Assembly: GCA_964016885.1 (NCBI GenBank)
Contig: OZ024740.1
Coordinates: 51,832,001-51,896,000, forward strand
Direction of reading: 5' to 3'
DNA from: Eledone cirrhosa
Taxonomy: Eukaryota
Length of the DNA: 64,000 nt
The notes below the pieces were generated by a model. It was not told the DNA's origin and searched no databases. It saw only the letters and a program-made list of their open reading frames with translations. The translations under genes were made by a program, and so were the position numbers. Positions 1-48,700 of the stretch are shown one piece after another. Each line of letters starts with the position of its first letter. Position 1 is the stretch's first letter.

Positions 1-439
1 AGAATGTTGCTAATATATATAGAAGGAAATTAGTAACACAACTGACCTTTTTTTTTTGCATTCTAAACAATACACATCAATACATATCTCAACAAGTTAA
101 CACCTCTTCCCTTGATATCAACTTCTTATCTACACGTCTAGCTACCACAACCACTTGATAAACAATTCTCCACCCCCCTACCAATTACCATCACAACACA
201 CTTACACATAAATAAAGAAAGCAAAAACACAAATGAAGATTTTTCAGAATTCAACAACCCCACAATCATCAATACTGCATTAAATTCATTGAGCAAAATA
301 TTTATTGAAATTTGAAATATGAGCATCATGATGCAGAAAATGACAGAAATAACAGTTGATCACTATAAAAAATAGAGAAAATTGAGTAAAATATTTAGGA
401 GTAAAAACTCAGAGTTCACACACTCCCTTCACAACACCA

Positions 440-985
440 ATCACAAGAAGTCTTCTTGTGAACGTGACCTGGACATTATTGTCAACAGTGATTTGCGTTG
501 GATAAAGCACATCTCTAAAATTGCCAAGAAGACTGAGGGTGTCTTAGCATCCCTCAGTAAGACCTTTGTCAACTGCTCTCCAGCTATCTATTTAAAGCTT
601 ATATAGCTATGGTGTGTCCACACTTAGAATTTGCATCACGAATCTGGAACACCTATCTTACTCAGAATATTGACCTCCTGGAAACTGTTCAGAGACGTGC
701 AACCAAACAAATACCCTCCATCAGGCATCTACCATACTCTGAATGCCTTGCTTCTCTGGGCATGGATACATTAAAGCTCTGACATCTGGCAACTGACTTG
801 GTAGACACCCAGAAAATTATTAATCATCTTTCCAACAACAACCCTGAGCACCTTCTTGAACTCCATATGTCTAACACCTTTGGGTATGTTTACAAAATCA
901 GAAAACAGTACAACTCCCATGACTTTTGGAAACACTTTTTCGCACTCGGAGTTGCTGAAGCATGGAACAAATTCCCTTTCCATAT
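440..985 (+). mobile_element. Decayed 3' fragment of a CR1/Jockey-group LINE
   Basis: ERDLDIIVNSDLRW..HI..IAKK, PHLEFAS.IWN, LETVQRRATKQIP and the terminal HFFAL.V..AWN..P, all typical of the RT C-terminus; stops and frameshifts present. Confidence 0.8.
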
Positions 986-1149
986 ACACGCATGCATGTC
1001 TGTGTGTGTCCCCATTTGTATATCACGACTCACACATTGTTCACTTTCCTGATATTTGTATATTATTCTATGAATTACATATGCATCTTTGATGAGTTGT
1101 AGTGCACCTGAGCACTGTACACAATAATTATTATATATATATATATATA

Positions 1150-2562
1150 TGATGAATGGCTTGTGTATATAGATGAATGGCTTGTGAGAGCTATACAAGC
1201 CATGTATAAAGAAACAGTCAGCAAGGTTAGAATTAACAACGAATCTAGTGAAGAGCTTAACATAAAAGTTGGTGTTCATCAGGGCTCCGTCCTTAGTCCC
1301 CTCCTATTTATTTTCGCCCTCCAAGCTATAACGGAGGAGTTCAAGACCGGCTGCCCATGGGAACTTCTATACGCAGATGATCTAACGCTCATAGCCGAAT
1401 CAATGGCTGAGCTAGAGAAGAAATTCCAAACATGGAAGCATGGCCTAGAATCAAAAGGCCTTAAAGTTAACTTGTCTAAAACTAAAGTCCTAATATGTAG
1501 GAAGGAGAATAGGGCACTGGTCCCATCTGGGAAATGGCCATGCTCAGTGTGTAGGAAAGGAGTAGGCAGAAACTCCATTTTATGTCCCAAATGCAAAGTA
1601 TGGGTGCATAAAAGATGTAGTGGGATCACAGGTAAGCTAATTAAGAATATAGATTTTATATGTGGCCGGTGCTCTGGTGCAATAAGTAGCAGCAAGTGCC
1701 TACAGAATACTAGCTCATTCCATTGCCCAGATGGTTCTATAGAAATAGTGGACACCTTCCGTTACCTGGGTGACAAAATCAGCAGTGGTGGAGGGTGCTC
1801 CGAAAGTACTGTAGCTAGAGTCCGAACGGGATGGAAAAAGTTCAGAGAGCTTATACCCCTATTGGCCACTAAAGGTTTCTCTCTAAAAATAAAATGCAGG
1901 CTGTATGATGCCTGCATACGAACAGCGATGTTACATGGCAGTGAGACATGGGCCTTGTGTGCAGAGGATCTACGCAGACTGGAGAGGAACGAAGCTTGCA
2001 TGCTCCGTTGGATGTATAATAATAATATACGCGAACGGCAAAGCATAAATGAACTAAGTGAGAAATTAAGAATAAAAACCTGGGACGACTTGATAAAATC
2101 CGACCTCACACACTTACACCTCTCCAAGACAATGTCACTGGACCGAGATCTTTGGTGCTACGTAGTAATACAGAAGACCCGCCTTGCCTAAGTACAAAGC
2201 GAAACCTAGTCAGTAGGCACCTCTTAACCAAAATACACCCCCGTCCCACTAACCCTACCCCCACCACCATCTACACCACCCCTTTCAATGTAAAGTTATG
2301 TTGGTACCACAACATCCAGTCCTAAATAAATGAGGTTGTGTAGGTGTCACGACAAAAAAAAAAAACACAGTCCACGCTGTAATGTGGCCGTGTAGGTAAC
2401 ACGGTAAACGTGGTTGGTGTTAGGAAGGGCATCCAGCCTTAGAAAACCCGCCAGACAGTCCTGAGCAAGACAACCAATCTTGCCTCAAGTGGGACAATTC
2501 CCGTCCAGACCCATGCTAGCGTGGAAAATGGACGTTAAACGATGATGATGATGATGATGATG
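1150..2562 (+). mobile_element. 5'-truncated RTE-clade LINE with (GAT)n tail
   Basis: ORF 1163-2191: VGVHQGSVLSPLLF, YADD, GLKVNLSKTK, FRYLG, LHGSETW; 3' end GGACGTTAAAC(GAT)n. Confidence 0.9.
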
Positions 2563-3797
2563 ATATATATATTTATTCAATTATTATAGAGAGAGAGAGA
2601 AAGGTAAAATCCAGACTGCGGTCAGGACTTTACCTATCTCTATACCGACTCTGCATCTCTCCATGCATTGCATAGAGTACTCCCATGATTAGAGGTCTCC
2701 CCAGTCTCACCACCACAGACTATCTCTCTCTTGTGTGTGTGTGTAGAAAGAGAGATAGCATATGCATGTTTAGAATTATAGAGGCAAAAGAAATGATTTG
2801 TTTCATTACATAGGAGGTGAGATAACATCAGTTAATTTAAAAGAACAGAAATTGTTACAGTAGTGGAAGAAGAAATAAGACAGTGAATCAAGAAGTCAGT
2901 GTTTGAATATCTTGAGTAAGAAATAGCAAACAAATTAAATGTTTTCTTACCTATTTGGTTTGTATTTGTGGAGATCTAGTAGGTTATGACAAAATATATC
3001 ACCCAAATACCCACTGGTTATATTGTTCATATAATGGAGTATCAGAACTAAGGAAGATTGAGCTTTAATCTCTATTATAATTGTGTGTATTGCATGTTTA
3101 TGGTGGCCTCACATATAATATATCACCAGTAATCAATCATGTTATTGCGTTAATATAATGAAGTCAATACATTGAGTTACAAACAGTTAAAATTATCTTT
3201 GTTTTGCTGAATGGGCTAATAATGTAATTTTTAGTTTATCAAATTGATTATCTGAAGTTGATAGCAAATCATAAAAAATTTACTATATGGATGGTTTAAC
3301 TTTTGTTCCGATAATAATATAATGTTTGTAATAATGATAGGTGCAGCTTGGAGAGAGATGTTTCTATTCTGAATTAATGAAACAAATCATTTCCTTTGCC
3401 TCTAAACATGCATATATTTTTTCTTTGATATGTTTATTTTATATATGCTTTCATATAGATCCCTATTATACTTAGTGCTATCTTAGTGTTACAACCAATA
3501 AATTACACCCAGCCAAGTTCGCACTATATGCAGATGAGCATTGCCAGCAAATGTTCATGCAAAATCTATATAGGCTCTAGTTTATTTTCATCACATTACC
3601 AGTTGAGTGAATGTCACTGTGAGATAAACGAATCTTGAAACAGCTGTCTGGCATTCTCAACGTTACTGAGATATCTGTGATATGTTCACAGAGCTAAATA
3701 CACAGATCAAAATATAATAGCATATGCAAATATAATTGTAAAAATTATATATTTAATTTAAATTAATTTGTATATAGATAATTTACCCTCGTATATA

Positions 3798-4946
3798 CAT
3801 TGGTCGACTGATAAATTCATAGGCTCATGGAATGTGACCCAATGAGATTAATTTTTCAACAGTCTTCCTTGTGGTCCATTGGTGAAGAAGCTTTCATCCT
3901 GTAGGTAAAAAGAGTCATCATCACTGCGATACTGACTGGTTCCCAGCCAAGTGTTTTTTCATGTTGGAGAACTGATGCTAGTCAGATGTGGCCAAATCCG
4001 AATAGGGAGGATGATCAACCAGTTCGAAGCAACAGTCACAACAGCAGCCATTGAAACTAAGGACTTGTGTGCTGGAGCATTGTCCTAATGAAACAAGACC
4101 TCTGGTCTTGATAACCTTTTCTAACTGCCTCAGCAAGATGGCATAGTATTCTCCATTGGTGTAGCTCTTTTGAAGATAATAAACACAATGCCTTTTGCAT
4201 CCCCAAAAACTGAGGCCATCACCTTTCCTGCAGCTGAAATGACCATGGCCTTATTTGGAATAGATGAGGAGGATGTGTTTCCACTGCATGGATTGTCTCT
4301 GGCTCAAGTAATGAACCCAACACTCATCCTGAGTCAGGAATCCAGCTGGATCTGCCTCAATCAATGTCAGATTTTCCCATGATGTGATCAGCCTGGTGTA
4401 CTTTTGATCAGGTGTTAGATGTGGTACCCACTGAGCAGAAACCTTCATGTCAAGTTCATTGTGCAGAATATTCTCAACTCTCTCATGGAATATGCTTATA
4501 GCATTGGCTACTTGATTTATAGTCAATTGCCTGCCACCATGTGGTGAACAATGTTTTCCTCGGTGGCAGAAGTTGCAGGACACTCAGAGCTTGGGTTATC
4601 TTCAAGACTCTCCCTTCCCCTCCTAAATTCAGCTGCCCACTTTTGTCCTGATGACCTGATGATAAAGCTGAAGTGTCATCCCCCTAATGTAGCAACCATG
4701 CCAGCATGATTGTCCTTGTGGGCTAAACCCTTTTTGTGCCGGTACTTGATAACACCATAATAGCAAATTTTGTCCATTTTCAAGATAAGTTACTACTAAT
4801 TACTTTTGAAGTTTTGAGCAGTCAGAAGTCAGTTCACCCGAAAAGAAACAATGCAGTTATCAATAAGAGTTGAAATTAATGCAAGATTTCACAGCTCTAG
4901 TATCACTCCTTCATAGTCATCCTATGAATTTTTCAGCCCTACCTCG
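3798..4946 (-). mobile_element. Decayed mariner transposon (about 1.15 kb)
   Basis: TA-flanked imperfect TIRs (..CTGATAAATTCATAGG / CCTATGAATTTTTCAGCCCTACCTCG); transposase remnant ILHNELDMKVSAQWVPHL and TQDECWVHY. Confidence 0.85.
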
Positions 4947-5229
4947 TAGGTATCAAAAGCTGTCAACAACTTCTAAGGTGTCTCTTAGGCAACTGAGAGT
5001 ATTTATTTTCACATGTGCAATTAGCGTTTACTTCTGTGCATCTGCCACATACAAAGTCTATCTTCACTGTTAACCTGTCTGTAATCCCACTACATCTCTT
5101 GTGTGTCCATAGATTAAAACAGTGTGCACCTCATGGAATTTCTGTCCACCTCTTTCTGTTATTAAACAAGCCCACTGCCTCTTCCCTGATGGTATCAGCA
5201 TATACAATATACAATACATATTTATAAGA

Positions 5230-6433
5230 GAGAATGAAGTTTCAATTTAACATTTTTATTCTTCATCACGCAATGTTTTGCAGATAATCAGCTTGATGTT
5301 TGAATCTATACTATCAACCTGGTTCTGGTATCAATCTGCTCATCAAATGCGAAGATCTGTAAATGTAGGCACTTGATTTGCCTATACATATAGGGTAGAC
5401 ACCAGGCTTACAATGTGTTTTAGTCATTTTATATAGTCATGTGGCTGGTCTTAGAGTGGGGATGTGTGCCTGGCCAGTAACCCCCCCCAGTGGCAACAGC
5501 AACAACAGTAACAAATACAATAACAATGAGGATAACAGCACCAGTCGTGGTATTTCCATCCATGTTGGCCGCTTCAACTACAGTAGTCACATCCACACCA
5601 ATGACTGCAATGACACCACCAAACTATTTAAGCCGTACTTGTGTTAGGTTGGGTTGCTTCCTGTTGAGATGGAGCTGGCTGTATATAGCAAGGGTGTCTG
5701 CTGGCGCTAAGGAGAAGGGGCTTACATTATATTCAATAGAGTGAGATGAGTTACAGTAAAATAAAAGAGAATAAAATAGAATAGGATACAAAAAAATTAA
5801 TTAATGAGTTACAATAAAATAAAATAAATTGAGTTAAATTAAATGGACTGCAACAAAGTATAAAACTACAATAAATTAAAGTAAAATAGAATAAAAGTGA
5901 TAAAATTGGGGTGCAATATCATCCAATGTGAGTGTGTGTGATTACATGTGTGAGGGGTTTGGGTAAAATCAACAATATTATCTTAGTTGTGTGTGTGTAT
6001 ATATCTATATGCTTATGTAGTTAGATGTCCAGCTTTGTTCTGGGTTATGATATTCATCTAGTGTCTATGTCAGTGATTCTCAACCAGTGTACCGCAAAAT
6101 TTTGAACGGTACACTAAGAAAATGTGATTACGTACAACGGAAGAAGAAATGAGGGCGTGTGTCTCATATTCGACCAAACATTGAGGAAATTATGAATAAA
6201 AGCCAGGCACAAATTTCTCACTAAAGAAGCCAGCTATTTGACTGATAAAAATTCGAAACACTGCAATAAAGTAGTTCATAGCTGTGTTTTTCTTTAGTTT
6301 GAGTCGTTCTGTGTCTATGGTTGTATGCCGTCTATGAATTGTCATGTTTTTGTTTTGTAAAATTCAAATATTTTTCATATATATTTAGCCAGGTGTGCTG
6401 CTATTTGTTCATGTGTTCCAAGGTGTGCCGTTG

Positions 6434-6468
<35 letters not shown>

Positions 6469-7790
6469 GAGAACCACTGGTCTATGTAATGCATTTTTGT
6501 AGCTGGTATGCATATTTATTTTAGGTTAAATTTATCGTAGTGTGCTAACCATATATTATTTTGTAGCTTAAATGCCAAGGATACTAGAGCTTGCAAACAA
6601 ATCAGTGTGTTGGTGTTTACAGCCCATAATGATTTCAGAGTTCCTATTAACCCTGTGGTGTTTTGAGTTTATTTTTTTTACACAGTTAGGCAGAAGTGGC
6701 ATTCATGGCTCACAATTTTGAATGGTCCAGTTAGTCTTGAAATCCACATTCTTTCCAAAAGCTGCCACATCATCTCAGCTAGTGATTTTTTGTTCCTGTG
6801 TTTGAATAAACTCACATGATTATAACATCTAGATTTAAATGTGCTGATTGCACCAATGAATAAGTAGTCCCTATTGTGTACTGGGATACATTGCTGAATG
6901 ATAGGCACTTGTTTAGTGGGCATTTAGTTGTATTTCTGCAGTTGCAAGTCCTGCCACGCCTCACGGTCGCTTCCTCATCCACTAGTGGTTTTCTGGGTGG
7001 TGTTATCCACGTTACCTTGGTGTTGCATGGAAACTACTGTTAGGTGTGATGCATACTTTTGAGCATTCCTTGATCTTTCTGTTAATAGCTGTGCTGTTGT
7101 GGGCTAAGTTTGGCAATGTAGAGAAAGCAAACTTAACAGTGTGCCTGTTAAATAATTTGGTAAGTTTGGCTGGATGTGTTTTGAGTAAGGTGCATTAAAC
7201 CAGGTTACCTGTATTTTATACAGTTTCCTTGATTTTAAGTGTTCTTTTTCTTTCTTGTAATACTTACCATCAGTAGTGCCTGTCCAATCAACTGTTACCA
7301 TCATAACAGTAACAACAATAATTGTTGCCCATGTTTATGTTCCTTTGTATGACTCATTATTAGTGCATTCACTACCGTTGCTATCTGTCCATCTTACACC
7401 TAATAGTTTCTAATATTGTAGTCATTGCTGTACCCATTGTACCTGTTGTTACTACCATCATTATTGTTCTGTACAAAATCCTCATTGTTAGTAGCGGTGC
7501 TGTTAGTATTATTTCTAGCGTAACTAACTACCACTATTGCCATAACCAACTATGTAGTTGTTCATATTAATACTATTATTATTCTTCATCTTCTTGCTCT
7601 ACCCTATATATAGGCAAACTGGGTGCCTGCACTTCCAAAAGAAAATGTTTAGATAGCATTTGATGAACAAATGAATAACCAGCCAGGTTAATAGTATAGA
7701 TAAAAACATTGAGCTGATCATCTGTGAAACATGTCATGTTTGATGAAGAGTAAAAGTCGTTCCAGAAATAAATGTAAACTCACTGCTGAC
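5230..7790 (-). mobile_element. Decayed Penelope-like element with inverted pseudo-LTRs
   Basis: TWFNAPYSK (RT thumb) and GIY-YIG-like FIG...TFKSR.YNH..LF...W...CHFCL remnants; 5230-5400 and 7598-7790 are inverted copies of each other. Confidence 0.75.
6071..6479. mobile_element. hAT (Charlie-like) MITE nested in the Penelope element
   Basis: TIRs CAGTGATTCTCAAC / GTTGAGAACCACTG; perfect 8-bp TSD GTCTATGT at 6063-6070 and 6480-6487. Confidence 0.92.
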
Positions 7791-7867
7791 TACAACACAC
7801 AGCATTATTAAGTACTCGTATTGGTGCCACTGCCACCCACACTAATTTACGAACATTACTCAATAAC

Positions 7868-8112
7868 CAGTGTCACGACAAAACGTTCCCAGTCCACACT
7901 GTGAAGTGGTCACATGCGTTACGACATAAAGCACCCAGTACTCACTGTAAATGAGGTTGGCATTAGGAAAGGCATCCAGCTGTAAAAATCAAGCCAAAAT
8001 CAGTTCATTATAAGCAAAGCATGGTCGCCTGACTGAGCATAGCCCACAACAGGACAACTCATCTAACCCGTGCTAGCGTGGAAGAATGGATGTAAAACGG
8101 CAATGATGATGA
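7868..8112 (+). mobile_element. RTE 3' tail / RTE-tailed SINE fragment
   Basis: Homologous to 2343-2562 (GTGTCACGAC...AGGAAGGGCATCCAGC...GCTAGCGTGGAA...GATGAT). Confidence 0.75.
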
Positions 8113-8481
8113 ATATATATGTGTGTGTGTATGCACATATGAAGGTTGTTTAAATGTTGTGAAAGATGGCACTAAAGACCCACACATATTTCCAAGTAAA
8201 GAAATCAGTAAAAAAAAAGACTTTGTATTTTTATGAATATTATTATTATTACTATTATTATTAGTAGCAGTAGTAGTAATAGTATTTGATGAAGATTAGA
8301 AAATACTGTGTCATAATAACATTGAAGAGGAAGGGGTGGCTGGACAGTAAAGAGGCAGGATGGTCAAGAAATGTAGCTGAAAAATTGAAACACATAACAT
8401 GAAATAGGGTAGTGTGATGAATGGGGTGGGTGGGTAAAGGAATGTGTATGTGTGTGTGTGTGTGTGAGATTAGAAAGTTCT

Positions 8482-8487
8482 TTTATT
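8482..8487 (-). terminator. Candidate U2AF2 polyadenylation signal AATAAA
   Basis: AATAAA on the minus strand about 250 nt after the stop codon; no transcript evidence available. Confidence 0.4.
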
Positions 8488-8732
8488 AGTTGTTGTTAAT
8501 GACACAGTAAATTGTAAATGTAGTCTAACAAACGTTTTTTTTAAAATCCAAGATGATAAATGACACGGTGTTTCAAGTTTTCTTGTGGTTGCAGTTTGGT
8601 ACTTTTTTGTTGTTATGCTTGTTTTTCTCTTCATAATAGATAATACAATAATAAAAACCAAACATGCTGCTGTTGGTGGTAGTGGTATTGTTGTAAGCAG
8701 AGTGTAAAAAGGGGTCAAGGAGAACCTTTCCA

Positions 8733-46507
<37,775 letters not shown>

Positions 46508-46627
46508 TGTTCTATTTAATTATTAATGATGCGTTCTTTGTGTTTAATGAAATAAAAATATCCTTTTCCAAGGCAAAATATCAAATATTTATAACTTTAA
46601 GCAACAATAAATATTCTTCTGATATAA

Positions 46628-46680
46628 ACTTACAAAATGGCGTTAGCACTAACTGATCATGTTAGACACTAGGTGGCGCT
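46628..46680 (-). promoter_or_regulatory. U2AF2 proximal promoter/5'UTR motifs: YY1-like AAAATGGCG (46634-46642) and CTCF-like CACTAGGTGGCGC (46667-46679)
   Basis: Close consensus matches 130-170 nt upstream of the ATG in otherwise AT-rich DNA. Confidence 0.5.
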
Positions 46681-47764
46681 ACGCAAAGCCTTCCTTCTTC
46701 AATGATGCACTAGTTGTCTCCCCTAAATAAAATAACAAGAAGAAAAAATCAATTCTCCAGCCATCCAATGAAGAAGTCTTTACTTGGTTGTTCTGCCTGC
46801 TAGACAAAGCAACCAAATCTACTCTTTCTGCACTCATTCAAAACGTTGTCAAATTTGAATATTTCTGTGTGTGTGTGTGTGTGTGTGTGGTGGTGGTTCT
46901 AAATTTTACATCATATCCTTTTAACACGAAACATGTTTTTGTATTTAGGGAAAAGGCATCATATGTTTTGAGTTGTAACGGTGGGGCATGGAGCAAAAAC
47001 GGTTAATATATATTAGATAATGTGACGAGTCAATAATGGAAGTTTCTACGTAGTTGCCCATCCTGCTAGACACAGTAGCCAAATTTACTCATTATGGAAT
47101 GATAAAAGGTGGTCGATCGGGTTTGACACGGGGGTTAAAAAACGACTAGCTTTTCCAAAGAATAGTTAAAAATCGTAATAATCATCACAGTCATTAGATG
47201 ATGGAGCTAACATAATAGACTCTACGTGGTACCTCTACCTGCTAGAAATAACAGCCAAATCTTTCAAATGAACCCATACCGCCTTATGCATTGGAGAAGG
47301 CAGTGATAGATACCCATAAAAATAGTTTTGCTATGATCTGGGGCTAAACAACATAGGCAACTAGGAGAATTTCGAAAAGCACCGGTAACAATGTCATGCC
47401 TTATTTACTTACGTTCCCAGTAATTAAGTTTGCTCTGCGACCACGAGATTTCGTTAGCATAGTCCTATTTTGAGATTCCATTAAATTGGAAATAAAATTT
47501 TCAGACTGGAAATCGAAAATGATAATAGCAGAGCGAACTTAGTTTTAATTAAACAAGATACTGGGAAGCCCGATGTGTTATGATTATTGATCATGTAGAT
47601 CAAATAAGTCTAACGGTCCTGAAAATAAGATACGAAAGATTGGAAAATAACCGGCTTCACAGAGCTTTAATATGTATTTATAGGAAAACTAAAGGCTTGT
47701 AAGGGCTTAAAACATTTTTTTATTCTAGGTATCTTTTAAACCGCTACAAGCCTTTGGTTTTCCT

Positions 47765-48002
47765 GCAATGTTGGTGTGAGAGAATGGCAGAGCTTGGATG
47801 ACTGAAAGAAAAAGTATCAGGTAACCCTAGTTGAAGGAAGCCGCAGTAGAGGCAGGCTAAGGAAGACCTGGGCGGAGGTGGTGAGAGCTGATCTCAAATT
47901 GCTGAAACTAACAGAGATGAGAAAGGCATGCGACGACTGGAAGGATGTGCTGAAAAGGACCCGTCCAACCCATGTAAGCGTGGAAAAGCGAACGTAAAAA
48001 CG
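47765..48002 (+). mobile_element. RTE LINE 3' end
   Basis: VEGSRSRGRLRKTWAEVVRADL plus tail ACCCGTCCAACCCATG..GCGTGGAAAAGCG.ACGTAAAA. Confidence 0.75.
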
Positions 48003-48419
48003 ATATATATGTGTGTGTGTTGTGTGCGCGCGTGTGTGTTTAAATGTGTTCTGCTCATACATATCTGATGGGTTGTCAATACAAATCTGATGCTATTTTA
48101 AAATTCAGCAATTCAAATATATCGAATAGATATATTTAAATTCTAAGGGGTCAAAATATAAGATGCTACTGGGGTCCCTAATTATAGCTCATGAGTTGGT
48201 ACATAAGCATATAAAGTCGTATGCTGTATCTCCAAAACTGGCGGTGATATAATAACAGTGATGTTATATTTAGAATCAGTGCTCCATACTCAAGAATTGC
48301 TCTAATTTCATATGTAGCAGAAAACAATTTGTGTTGCCTATTGTTTAGGGAGAGATGGATGACATAGAATACTATGGTATCCATCTCTCCCTAATAGTCT
48401 ATAGGACTATTTCTTTAAA

Positions 48420-48700
48420 CTGTACTTTTTTAAAAATTCATTCACCACAAACAAGGCAATAAATTCACTAAAATGCAAAGGGTTACTGAGAAGAAAAAGG
48501 ACAAGACAGAGAGAACATACTCCAAGGAAAAAGAAGATGGTGATTGATGTAACTTTTGAATTTTGGACTGGAAAGCAAGAAGCTGGAAGAGAATTCCATT
48601 GGTGAGATGTAAGAGGGAAGAAACTATTAAAATAGAATTTGCAATTATATTTAGGAAAAAACAATCAGAATAAAATTTTCGATTACATTTAGGAATGTCA
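48420..48700 (-). mobile_element. CR1/Jockey-type LINE 3' end
   Basis: FY.NSFFPLTS..WNSLPAS.FP terminal motif with a short internal duplication. Confidence 0.6.
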
